A stretch of DNA of 64,000 nucleotides from an uncultured delta proteobacterium (GTDB lineage: Bacteria; Myxococcota; Myxococcia; Myxococcales; Myxococcaceae). Below, in pieces: positions 1-8,819 of the stretch (its first letter is position 1; every line of letters begins with the position of its first letter). The notes under the pieces were generated by a model, which saw nothing but the letters and a program-made list of their open reading frames with translations, did not search any database and was not told where the DNA came from. The stretch covers positions 1,216,001 through 1,280,000 of the forward strand of contig CAVQKE010000003.1 in assembly GCA_963713045.1 (NCBI GenBank). The letters are read 5' to 3'. The position numbers were made by a program, and so were the translations under genes.

Positions 1-3000
1 ACCGCGCGCGCCACGCGACTTTTGTCGGGCTCGTCCTCCGGCAGCCACACCCAGCTTTGCCGCCCCCCGCGCCCCACCCAGGCGGCCAGTGCGCCGTCCA
101 CCAACACCACATGCGCACCCACTGAACGGGCCGCACGGGCGGGTGGGACACCTGCCGGCGTCCACGGCAGGAGGGCGCCGTAGGGGTTGGCTGGGTCCGT
201 GGCAGCGAGAGCGACCACCTCGGGCAACTCCGGCGCCTGGCGAAGCGAGCGAAGCAGCTGCACCACCGGGGGAAGAACGAATTGCGTCGCGCTGACGCCA
301 GAGACGAAGTAGCCGCGGCGAATGCGGCCGCTTTCCTCCAGTGCCTGGAAGACGTCATAAACGGCACTGAAGCCGCCGGGGAGCCCCTCCGCCTGGGCCG
401 TGCCCCTCGTCACCAGGCCGTAGCGACTTAGCAGCTGCTGTGCCACGGCCATACTCCACTCTGTCGCCGTCTGGCCGGAACGCGCTGGAAGCAAAGCCCA
501 ACGGCCTTCGGCCGACGGGGGCGCCGCCCGGCGGCTGCGGTAGGACGGGGAAGGCCGAGGGCTTCGTCTGCCCTTCTTGTCGGCATTCGGGGCGAGGAAA
601 GCCCGAAGGGCCCCGAAGCCGTCGTTGGTGACGAGGCCCTTCCAAGCCAGACTCCACAACGCTTCCACGGATGGACGAGGAAAGCCGCCCCCGGCGGCCT
701 GGTGAATGCTGGCAAAAAAGGAGGCGCCGGACTCGCTGAGGTAGTCCAGCACCGCCTGCTCGCGCTGGGGAAGGCCTGCCGGCGGCCCAGCTTGAAACGG
801 CGGCAGGAGGCGCGGCAGCGCGTCCGTCAGGTAGAGGCTGACGCGCCCGTCTCGCCCTCCCAAGGGCTCCCGCCCCACCCACGCCACTTCGCCGGCCGCC
901 GCCAGCGTGTCCAAGTCCGCAGGCTGGTAGTGCGCCACCCGCGCCGGCAGGACGTCCGCCTCCAGCACTGAGGCTGGTAACGGGCAGCCCTGGAGGCGCT
1001 CCACCGCGTCCAGAATGGCGTCCAACCCTGGCCGTGGCCGCAGCACGCCCTGCCAACTGGTGAGGAGACGTCCCAGCACAGCGGGCTCCACCGGCTCCAC
1101 CGCATGTCGCAGCTTGGCCAGCGAGCGCTGGCGGAGGGTGGTCAGAACCCCGATGTCACACCACTCGGCTTGGGTTCCCGTCGCCCGAAATGCCCCTTCC
1201 AACAGCACGCCTCCGGCGGCCAGGGCGGTGAGGGTGGCCCGGGCGACGCCCCGTGACAACCCAAGGCGTCTGCACAGTGCCTCCAGCGTGAAGGGCGCAT
1301 GGGTGCGCGCGTATCGGGCCACCAGCTCCTTCAACGGCTCCCGCACCGGGACGCACAGGGCTTGGGGGAGCGCCTCCGGCAAGGCCACGCCGAGGCCGTC
1401 GCGAAAGCGAACGGCGTCCTCGACGGCAATGAAGCGTGTCTCTCCCAGCAGCCGCAGCGGCAGCACCCGTCGCTCGCGTACCAACCCCTCGACGGAGGCA
1501 GACACCTCCTCGGAGGCGCACCGGGCCACAAGCTCGCTCCGCGTCAAGTCGCCCACCCGCAGAAGCAAGTCGTGCACGGCGTCGGCGCTGCCGGCCCAAA
1601 AGCGCCTGTCGGTGCGCTGCAGCTCGGCCTCCAGCTGGGCCATCGTCTCCTCGTCCAGCAGCTCTCGAAGTTCCGCCTCACCGAGAAGCTCGCGAAGCTG
1701 GGACTGGTCGACGGTGAGTGCCTGGGCCCGGCGCTCGGCGACGGGCACGTCGCCGTCGTAGAGGAAGTTGGCGACGAAGCCGAACAGCAGCGAGCCGGCG
1801 AAGGGGGAGGGTGAGGCGGTGTCGGCGGTATGCACCGAAATCCGCTGCTCGCCGACGGCGCGAAGCGTGGCCACCAGCGCCGGCATGTCGAAGACGTCCC
1901 GCAGGCATTCCCGGTAGGTTTCCAGCAACATCGGGAAGCCGCCGAAGCGGGAGGCCACCTGAAGCAAGTCCGCGGCGCGCTTGCGTTGTGCCCACAGCGG
2001 CATGCGGGCCCCGGGCCGGCGCCTCGGCAGCAGCAGCGCTCGGCTGGCCACCTCGCGGAAGCGGGCGGCAAACAAAGACGTCCCGCCGAGTTCGCCCAGC
2101 ACCAGCGCCTCCACTTCATCCGCCCGCGGCACCAGCAGTGCCGCTTCCGGCGGCGCCTCCGACTCTGGGAAGCGCACCACAATGCCGTCGTTGGTCCAGG
2201 TGGTGTCGACGTCCAGTCCCGTCTGTTGGCGCACCTTGGCCGCAATGGCCATCGCCCAAGGGGCGTGCACCCGACCGCCCAACGGCGACAGCAGGCAGAC
2301 ACGCCAGTCGCCCATCTCGTCCCGCGTCCGCTCGATGACCAGCGTCCTGTCATCCGGGACGGCGGCGGTGGCGGCGCGCTGCTCCTCCAGGTAGCGCAGC
2401 AGGTTGTCGGCTGCCTGCGGGTCCAAGTCATGGGCGCGCTCCAGCCGGGCCAAGGCCGCCGGACGACTCAAAGACAACAACTCCCGCGACAGCGCGCCGA
2501 TGGCTTGCCCAGTCTCCAGCGGCCGTCCGGCGGCGTCGCCGTGCCAGAAGGGCATTTTTCCGGGCTGCCCAGGGGCCGGGGAGACCAGCACTCGGTCGTG
2601 GGTAATCTCCTCAATGCGCCAGCTGGAGGCGCCCAAGAGAAACGTTTCCCCGACTTTGCTTTCGAAGACCATCTCCTCGTCCAGTTCGCCCACCCGCGCC
2701 TGGCCCTTGTCCCCCCCCACGAGGAAGACGCCGTACAAGCCGCGGTCGGGAATGGTGCCGGCGTTGGCGATGGCGATGCGCTGGCTTCCCTGGCGGGCCG
2801 TCACCGTGGCGGCCTGCCGGTCCCACGTCAGCCGCGGCCGGAGGTCCGCAAAGGCCTCCGACGCATAGCGGCCAGACAGCATGTCCAAGACGGCGTCAAA
2901 CATCGGCCGTGACAACTCAACGAAGGGGCCCGCTCCTCGCACACAGCCGTAGAGGGCATCGACGTCCCAGGTGTCCACCGCGGCCATCGCCACCAGCTGT

Positions 3001-4391
3001 TGGGCCAGGACATCGAGAGGGTTTCTGGGGTAGCGGATGGCCTCCACCCGGCCGGCGTGCATGGCCTCGGTCAGCGCCGCGCAGGCCACCAGGTCCGCAC
3101 GGTATTTGGGAAACAGGACGCCGGTACTGGCCGCGCCGAATTGGTGGCCAGCCCGCCCAATGCGCTGGATGCCGGCGGCGACGCTGGGCGGCGCTTCCAC
3201 CTGCACCACCAAGTCAATGGCGCCCATGTCGATGCCCAACTCGAGCGAGCTGGTGGCAACCAGCCCTCGGAGATGGCCTGCCTTGAGTGCCTCCTCAGTC
3301 TTCTGGCGCTCCGCCCGGGCGATGGAGCCGTGGTGCGCTCGTACCAGCGTCTCACCGGCCAATTCATTGAGGGCCGCCGCCAGCCGCTCGGCCGTCCGCC
3401 GGCTGTTGACGAAAACCAGCGTGGAGGTATGGGCGCGCACCAACTCGAGCAGGCGCGGGTGAATGGCGCTCCAAATGGAGGGGCCCGCCGGTCGCTGCGA
3501 GCCGGGGCCGCCCTGGACGTCGGGAGGGCCGAGCTGGCCCATGTCCTCCACCGGCACCTCGATGCGCAGCACCAGGGCCTTCTTGCTGCCAGCATCGAGG
3601 AGGGTGACGGCTCGCCAGGCCGACGCCTCGCCTGCACCGGAAAACTCCCGCTGCAGCACGGGGGCCTCCACTGCCCCCTCGACGAGTGGCGGCAGCGCCG
3701 CAGGGACTGGCGCCGGCGGCGCGCTGTGGGCGCCCCCGAGAAAACGGGCCACCTCGTCCAGCGGCCGCTGGGTGGCGGAGAGGCCAATCCGCTGAAGCCG
3801 ACGGCCGGTGAGGGCCTCCAGCCTTTCAACGCTCAGCATGAGATGGGCGCCCCGCTTGGTGGGGACGAGGGCATGAATCTCATCGATGATGACGGTGTCC
3901 ACGCTGCGCAGCGCCTCTCGGGCCTGCGACGTCAAAAGCAGGTACAGCGACTCGGGCGTGGTGATGAGGATGTCCGCCGGCTCGCGTCGGAAGCGGGCCC
4001 GAGCCGCTGCCGGCGTGTCCCCGGTGCGCACCGCGATGGACGGCAGCAGGTGGGGGTCGCCTCGGCCGGCCGCGACGTTGGCGATGCCGGACACCGGCGT
4101 GCGGAGGTTTTTCTCCACGTCCACGGCCAATGCCTTCAGTGGGGAGACGTAAATGACGCGGCAGCGCTCCGCGCGGGCAGGAAGCGGGGAAAACATCAGC
4201 CGGTCGATGCAGCTGAGGAAGGCGGCCAGGGTCTTCCCGCTGCCGGTGGGCGCCAGCAGCAGCGCCGACTCGCGACGCGCCAGCGCTGGCCAGCCGAGGC
4301 TCTGCGCGGCAGTCGGTGCCGGGAAAGACGCCCGAAACCAGTCCCGCACTGCGGGGTGGAAGTGGGCGAGCGCGTCCAGAGGGCCGGGCAT
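1..4391 (-). CDS. lhr: Large Lhr-family ATP-dependent DEAD/DEAH helicase, 3' end truncated by the window edge
   Basis: Absent from the ORF track (no stop in window). Manual translation from ATG 4391: MPGPLDALAHFHPAVRDWF...APTGSGKT (Walker A), VIIDEIHALVPTKRGAHL, SSLELGIDMG, QRIGRAGH, and Lhr C-terminal EGLPGGFSAVYDVFQALEESGRIRRGYFV. Frame matched at start, DEIH and window edge (>1460 aa). Confidence 0.93.
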   Translation of the reverse strand, partial: MPGPLDALAHFHPAVRDWFRASFPAPTAAQSLGWPALARRESALLLAPTGSGKTLAAFLSCIDRLMFSPLPARAERCRVIYVSPLKALAVDVEKNLRTPVSGIANVAAGRGDPHLLPSIAVRTGDTPAAARARFRREPADILITTPESLYLLLTSQAREALRSVDTVIIDEIHALVPTKRGAHLMLSVERLEALTGRRLQRIGLSATQRPLDEVARFLGGAHSAPPAPVPAALPPLVEGAVEAPVLQREFSGAGEASAWRAVTLLDAGSKKALVLRIEVPVEDMGQLGPPDVQGGPGSQRPAGPSIWSAIHPRLLELVRAHTSTLVFVNSRRTAERLAAALNELAGETLVRAHHGSIARAERQKTEEALKAGHLRGLVATSSLELGIDMGAIDLVVQVEAPPSVAAGIQRIGRAGHQFGAASTGVLFPKYRADLVACAALTEAMHAGRVEAIRYPRNPLDVLAQQLVAMAAVDTWDVDALYGCVRGAGPFVELSRPMFDAVLDMLSGRYASEAFADLRPRLTWDRQAATVTARQGSQRIAIANAGTIPDRGLYGVFLVGGDKGQARVGELDEEMVFESKVGETFLLGASSWRIEEITHDRVLVSPAPGQPGKMPFWHGDAAGRPLETGQAIGALSRELLSLSRPAALARLERAHDLDPQAADNLLRYLEEQRAATAAVPDDRTLVIERTRDEMGDWRVCLLSPLGGRVHAPWAMAIAAKVRQQTGLDVDTTWTNDGIVVRFPESEAPPEAALLVPRADEVEALVLGELGGTSLFAARFREVASRALLLPRRRPGARMPLWAQRKRAADLLQVASRFGGFPMLLETYRECLRDVFDMPALVATLRAVGEQRISVHTADTASPSPFAGSLLFGFVANFLYDGDVPVAERRAQALTVDQSQLRELLGEAELRELLDEETMAQLEAELQRTDRRFWAGSADAVHDLLLRVGDLTRSELVARCASEEVSASVEGLVRERRVLPLRLLGETRFIAVEDAVRFRDGLGVALPEALPQALCVPVREPLKELVARYARTHAPFTLEALCRRLGLSRGVARATLTALAAGGVLLEGAFRATGTQAEWCDIGVLTTLRQRSLAKLRHAVEPVEPAVLGRLLTSWQGVLRPRPGLDAILDAVERLQGCPLPASVLEADVLPARVAHYQPADLDTLAAAGEVAWVGREPLGGRDGRVSLYLTDALPRLLPPFQAGPPAGLPQREQAVLDYLSESGASFFASIHQAAGGGFPRPSVEALWSLAWKGLVTNDGFGALRAFLAPNADKKGRRSPRPSPSYRSRRAAPPSAEGRWALLPARSGQTATEWSMAVAQQLLSRYGLVTRGTAQAEGLPGGFSAVYDVFQALEESGRIRRGYFVSGVSATQFVLPPVVQLLRSLRQAPELPEVVALAATDPANPYGALLPWTPAGVPPARAARSVGAHVVLVDGALAAWVGRGGRQSWVWLPEDEPDKSRVARA

Positions 4392-4427
4392 GGGGGAAAT
4401 TCTAACGCCCAGGCCGGCGACGACATT

Positions 4428-5099
4428 TTAGGCCAGTGGCAAGACGCACTCCGGGCCTTCGTGCGTTGCCGAGTTGACGTACCCGGACACCGGCCGAGAG
4501 ACGAAGGGAGGGTTGAGGCCCTCCAGACGGGCGTCCCAGCTGGCCAGCGGCACCGCCTCCGGGGAAAGCCAGCTGTCGTACAGGCGCTTGGGCAGCACCA
4601 CCGGCATGCGGTCATGCACCCGAGCCATCTCCCCCACCGCCGGCTCGGTCAGAATGACGCAGGAATACACCGCGTCCCCGGATGGCGGGCGCCAGCGGTC
4701 CCACAGTCCGGCAAAGGCAAAGGGCGCGCCGCCAGAGAGTTCGAAGAAGAAGGGCTGCTTCCGGCTGCTCTCGCGCCGCCACTCGTAAAAGCCGTCGGCC
4801 AGGACGAGGCAGCGGTGCCGCTCTCCGCTGGCAAAGGCCCGCCGCTCGCCGAGCGACTCCAGGCGGGCGTTGATGAGGCGGTCGCCGGCGCGCAGGTCCT
4901 TCGCCCACCACGGGACGAGGCCCCAGCGGAAGGCTTGAAGAAGGCGCGGCGCGCGGTTGGAGATGACGGGGACCGGCTGCCGCGGCGCGACGTTGAAGCG
5001 CGGGGGAAGCGCCTCGGCGACGCCGGCGTCGGCCCCGGCCAAACCGAACGCTTCGATGAGCTCTGCCGGGGTTAGACGGCTGGTAAAGCGGCCGCACAT
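4428..5099 (-). CDS. SOS response-associated peptidase (SRAP/YedK/HMCES family), abasic-site cross-linking protein
   Basis: Start reassigned to ATG 5099, giving the family N-terminus MCGRF (catalytic Cys2); RFNVAP, WGLVPWW, INARLE, RCLVLADGFYEW, HDRMPVVL. Confidence 0.93.
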   Translation of the reverse strand: MCGRFTSRLTPAELIEAFGLAGADAGVAEALPPRFNVAPRQPVPVISNRAPRLLQAFRWGLVPWWAKDLRAGDRLINARLESLGERRAFASGERHRCLVLADGFYEWRRESSRKQPFFFELSGGAPFAFAGLWDRWRPPSGDAVYSCVILTEPAVGEMARVHDRMPVVLPKRLYDSWLSPEAVPLASWDARLEGLNPPFVSRPVSGYVNSATHEGPECVLPLA

Positions 5100-5343
5100 G
5101 AGGGAATTGCTAACACGCCGCGCCGTCGACGCACGGTCCGCAGCGCCTCCAGCGCCAACGGAGGACAGCCGCTGCCCGCGTCGGGCATTTCGGCCTTCCA
5201 AGGAAAGGGTTGCCCCAAGTAGAAAGCTGCGAGCGACGGGTGGACCGGCTTCATCCGCGGCCGTCTTGGGGCCCTAGAACGCAAACCGCACCAGCGTGCT
5301 GTCCTGCCAAGGCCCAAGCGCTCCCAAGCCGCCAGGAGGGGCC

Positions 5344-6363
5344 ATGAACCGTGCGCGAAGGACGCTCCTTGCAGCGGCGGTCGTCCCGTTGGCCGCGGCT
5401 GCAGCTTCTTCGTTAACGCCGCTTTTCCTTCCCCATGGCCAAGGCGGCATCGGCTTCGACGACCTCGTCTTCTCCTCGGGCCTAAACCGAGTCCTGGTGC
5501 CCTCGGGGAGAACTGGACTCCTCAACCTGGTGGACCCCCAGACGCACATCATCGAGTCCATCTCTGGATTCAGCACCGAGCCACACTTCAAGTTCGGCCA
5601 TGGGGCGGGCATCACTTCCGCCGACTTTGGACACGGCTTCATCTTCGCCACGGACCGCAGCCGGCAGGTGGTCGACATTGTGGACCCGGTCAAGCTGCAA
5701 GTCCTCGGCTCCGCCAAGCTCGGGGCGGGCCCGGACTACGTGCGTTGGGTGGAACCCACCTCCGAAGTCTGGGTGACCGAGCCCAGCCGGAAAGTCATCG
5801 AATACTTCAAGCTGGAAGGCGGAGCCGCCCCGAAGCTGGTTTCTGCAGGCACCATCCCCATTCCGGATGGGCCCGAGTCCCTCGTCATCGACGCCACCCG
5901 CGGCCGTGCGTACACCAACACCCGGCACAACCTGACGGTGCCGGTGGACGTGAAGAAGCACCGGGACGTCGCGCGCTGGCCGAATGGGTGCGCCGCCGCG
6001 CGCGGCATCGCTCTGGACGAAGTACGAGGGCTCCTCGTCGTCGGCTGCGAGGAGGGGACGCTGACGACACTCGACGTCCAGCGAAGCGGAAGACTCCTCG
6101 CGTCGCTCGCCACGAGTGGGAGGGGCGTGAATGTCCTCGCCTACAGCCCCCGCCTCGCTCACCTTTACGTGCCGGGGGGGGACAGCGGCACCATGGCCAT
6201 TGTCGGCGTCAAGCACGACGGCAGCCTGCAGGCGCTGGCCACAGTCGTGACGGCACCAGGCGCGGATTGCGTTGCAGCCGACAACCTGGGGCAGGCCTAC
6301 GTCTGTGCCCCGCAGGAGGGGAAACTGCTCGTCTTCACCGACACCCTCCCCGCAGCAAAATAG
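5344..6363 (+). CDS. Exported YncE/YVTN-like beta-propeller protein
   Basis: GGAGG RBS before ATG 5344; signal peptide (MNRARRTLLAAAVVPLAAAA); repeated blade motifs GPDYV, DGPESLVID, ARGIALD, GADCVAAD. Confidence 0.75.
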   Translation: MNRARRTLLAAAVVPLAAAAASSLTPLFLPHGQGGIGFDDLVFSSGLNRVLVPSGRTGLLNLVDPQTHIIESISGFSTEPHFKFGHGAGITSADFGHGFIFATDRSRQVVDIVDPVKLQVLGSAKLGAGPDYVRWVEPTSEVWVTEPSRKVIEYFKLEGGAAPKLVSAGTIPIPDGPESLVIDATRGRAYTNTRHNLTVPVDVKKHRDVARWPNGCAAARGIALDEVRGLLVVGCEEGTLTTLDVQRSGRLLASLATSGRGVNVLAYSPRLAHLYVPGGDSGTMAIVGVKHDGSLQALATVVTAPGADCVAADNLGQAYVCAPQEGKLLVFTDTLPAAK

Positions 6364-6406
6364 AAGCACCCGTCACGCCCCGCGATGGGTAGCCCGGGGG
6401 GGGGGT

Positions 6407-7177
6407 TCAGGCCTGGGGAAGCCGGCGCAAGTCCACCGGACTGCCGTCGCGCTCCACCAGCGACTCCATTCGGCGCAGGCCGGCCAAAGCACGGGCGACA
6501 ACCTCGAACGTGTTTCCGGCCTCCTCCAATTCGTTGGCGCGAGCCGCGGTGGACTCGAGCTCGGCGCAGCGGGCCGACAGGGCATCCACCAAGCCTCGAA
6601 TGGCGCGGAAAGCATCCTTCAACACGGCGACGCGGTTGTCCGCGCCGCAGGACGGCGGCTTGACTGGTTCCGCCACGTAGAGCGGCAGCGGCAAGCGCGA
6701 CAGCACACGGTCAAACTGGTTCCAGCGCTCGACCAGCTGGTGGGCCACCTCTCGGGCCTCAATGCCGTCGAAGGGCCGCTTCAACACCACCACTTGGTCT
6801 CGATGCCCAAGCGCGGTGGCACTGCCCTCCCAGTCCTCATGGCTGGCCGGGACGACGAGGACCACTTGCAGGCGAGGGTCCTCCGAAAGCAGGCGGTCGG
6901 CGTGGGCCAAGACTTGGTCTTCCACGCCGCAGACGTTGAGGAAGGCCACCGCCGGCGGCTCTCCGCAGGCCCGCATCGAACGCACCTCATTCAGGCCGTC
7001 GATGTCGCTGCCGACAAACCACACTTCGAAGGCAGCGGCCGGCGGGGGCGGCAACTGGCCCGGCGCATGCTCGTCCAGGGAAACCAAGGGTTCAGCCGCG
7101 CCGCCTGGAACCAACATCTCCAGCAAGTCGAGGAAGAAGTCTTGCTGAGCTCCAATGAGGACGACGCGGTTGTTCAC
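6407..7177 (-). CDS. Degenerate receiver-like domain plus helical DHp-like tail (hypothetical signalling protein)
   Basis: 256-aa ORF; DPRLQVVL...LGHRDQVVVLKRPFDGIEAREVAHQLVERW resembles a receiver subfamily, but the acidic catalytic residues are missing. Confidence 0.6.
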   Translation of the reverse strand: MNNRVVLIGAQQDFFLDLLEMLVPGGAAEPLVSLDEHAPGQLPPPPAAAFEVWFVGSDIDGLNEVRSMRACGEPPAVAFLNVCGVEDQVLAHADRLLSEDPRLQVVLVVPASHEDWEGSATALGHRDQVVVLKRPFDGIEAREVAHQLVERWNQFDRVLSRLPLPLYVAEPVKPPSCGADNRVAVLKDAFRAIRGLVDALSARCAELESTAARANELEEAGNTFEVVARALAGLRRMESLVERDGSPVDLRRLPQA

Positions 7178-7292
7178 AACCTGTGGGTTTGCAAGGGTCG
7201 ATCCGCACGCTAACCCCCGAGAAGTTCAACAGGTCTTCCCTCCGTCTGGGGGGTACAGCTCCCGCCTTCCAGTCAAAAATGACTCCTGTGGG

Positions 7293-7312
7293 AAAAACCC
7301 CCCGGCGGGGGG
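7293..7312 (-). terminator. Intrinsic terminator after the FAH-family gene
   Basis: Minus strand CCCCCC-GCC-GGGGGG-TTTTT, 10 bp past the stop at 7323. Confidence 0.6.
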
Positions 7313-7322
7313 CGGACTGCAG

Positions 7323-8177
7323 TCAGCCCGCCTCTTCCACCACCGCGTTTCGCAGGACGCCGACACCGGTGACTTCCACTTCGAAGATGTCGCCCGGCTT
7401 CAGCCAGACCGGCGGCGTGCGTTTACTCCCCACCCCTCCCGGCGTCCCGGTCGACACCACGTCGCCCGGGACAAGCTCGGTGAAGGTGGTGATGTAGGCG
7501 ATGAGTTCAGGAATGTCGAAGATGAGCAGGTCCGTCCCCGAGCGCTGCATTTGCTGGCCATTGAGGCGGCCGATGACAGTCAGCTTCGAAGGGTCCGCAA
7601 TCTCGTCGGCCGTCACCAGCCAAGGGCCAAAGCCGCCGGTGGCGACGAAGTTTTTTCCTGCCGTGAATTGGCTGGTGTGCCGCTGCCAGTCCCGGAGGGT
7701 GGCGTCCTGGTAGCAGCTGTACCCAGCGACCACTGCCAGCGCGTCGGCGCGCGGGATGTGCCGCGCGCGCCTGCCGATGACGAAGGCCAACTCGGCCTCA
7801 TAGTCGAACTCGGTGGACACCCGTGGGCGCACCAGCGCCTGGCCATGGCCCACCTGGGTGTTGGCGAAGCGCGTGAAGAGCGTCGGGTAGGGGCTTTCGC
7901 GCCGGCCCGTCTCTTCGCGGTGGGCCACGTAGTTGACACCGACGCAGAGGATTTTCTCAGGCTCCGGGATGGGGGGGAGCAGCTGGACGGCCTCGAGGCC
8001 GACGTCGGCGGGCACCCCCTGGATGGCTCGCGCCAGCTGCGGAAGGGCCCCGGCGGCCAACACCGAGCGAAGGCTTGAAAAGCGACCCCCCAGCAACCGG
8101 CGCGCGTCCACCACGCCACCGTCGACGACTGCGCCGAAGCTTTCCACTTCGCCCCATCGGTAGGAGACGAGCCGCAT
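7323..8177 (-). CDS. Fumarylacetoacetate hydrolase family protein
   Basis: Start ATG 8177 (MRLVSY); KILCVGVNY, FDYEAELAFVIG, RDWQ, GKNF, STGTPGGVG. Confidence 0.92.
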   Translation of the reverse strand: MRLVSYRWGEVESFGAVVDGGVVDARRLLGGRFSSLRSVLAAGALPQLARAIQGVPADVGLEAVQLLPPIPEPEKILCVGVNYVAHREETGRRESPYPTLFTRFANTQVGHGQALVRPRVSTEFDYEAELAFVIGRRARHIPRADALAVVAGYSCYQDATLRDWQRHTSQFTAGKNFVATGGFGPWLVTADEIADPSKLTVIGRLNGQQMQRSGTDLLIFDIPELIAYITTFTELVPGDVVSTGTPGGVGSKRTPPVWLKPGDIFEVEVTGVGVLRNAVVEEAG

Positions 8178-8237
8178 GCTGCTGAACCTCCACTTCGAGT
8201 GGTGCCAGCGAAGGTTCTGACCTAGAGAACCTGTGCC

Positions 8238-8765
8238 ATGCAATCCTTTCCGCCCGGCGACGCGGAGGCCTTCCGGCAGCTGGCCCGCACCTGGGCGGCC
8301 ACCGTCACCGTTGTGACCGCTCGCCGACGCGACGGCGCCGGGGCGCCGGACGCCCCGCGCACCGATGGCTTCACCGCCACGGCATTCCTCACGCTGAGCC
8401 TCTCCCCGCCCCTCATCGCCGTGGCCGTGGAACGGGGCGCCAGCTCCGAGGCCCTCCTCGCCGAGGCCGATGTCTTTGCGGTCAACTTCCTCTCCGAGAC
8501 GCAGGCCGACCACAGCCTCGCCTTTTCCCGCCACTGGGAACATCGCCAGGACACCTGGCAACGCTTTCCAGCCCGAGACGACCTGGCCGGGGTCCCCCTT
8601 CTGCAGGGGACAGCCGGCGCCTTTTCGGCGCAAATCCGCCACCGCGTCGACGTCGGCGACCACGTCCTCGTCATCGGCGAGGTGACGGAAATTCACCACG
8701 GCGACACGCGCCGGACGCTGGTTTACCAGCACCGGGGATATGCGCGGGTCGGCCCGCTCGACTAG
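8238..8765 (+). CDS. Flavin reductase family protein
   Basis: FRQLARTWAATVTVVT, GFTATAFLTLSLSPPLIAV, FAVNFL, GDHVLVIGEV. Confidence 0.88.
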   Translation: MQSFPPGDAEAFRQLARTWAATVTVVTARRRDGAGAPDAPRTDGFTATAFLTLSLSPPLIAVAVERGASSEALLAEADVFAVNFLSETQADHSLAFSRHWEHRQDTWQRFPARDDLAGVPLLQGTAGAFSAQIRHRVDVGDHVLVIGEVTEIHHGDTRRTLVYQHRGYARVGPLD

Positions 8766-8819
8766 GCACGCGCGGGAAGTCTGCAATTCGCTGCCAACAC
8801 GGTCGTAGCGAGGAGCGCC

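Noticed and set aside
3000..5075. 691-aa plus-strand ORF and similar long antisense or alternate-frame ORFs throughout the track
   Set aside because: Shadow ORFs of high-GC genes (here lhr and SRAP); no recognisable motifs.
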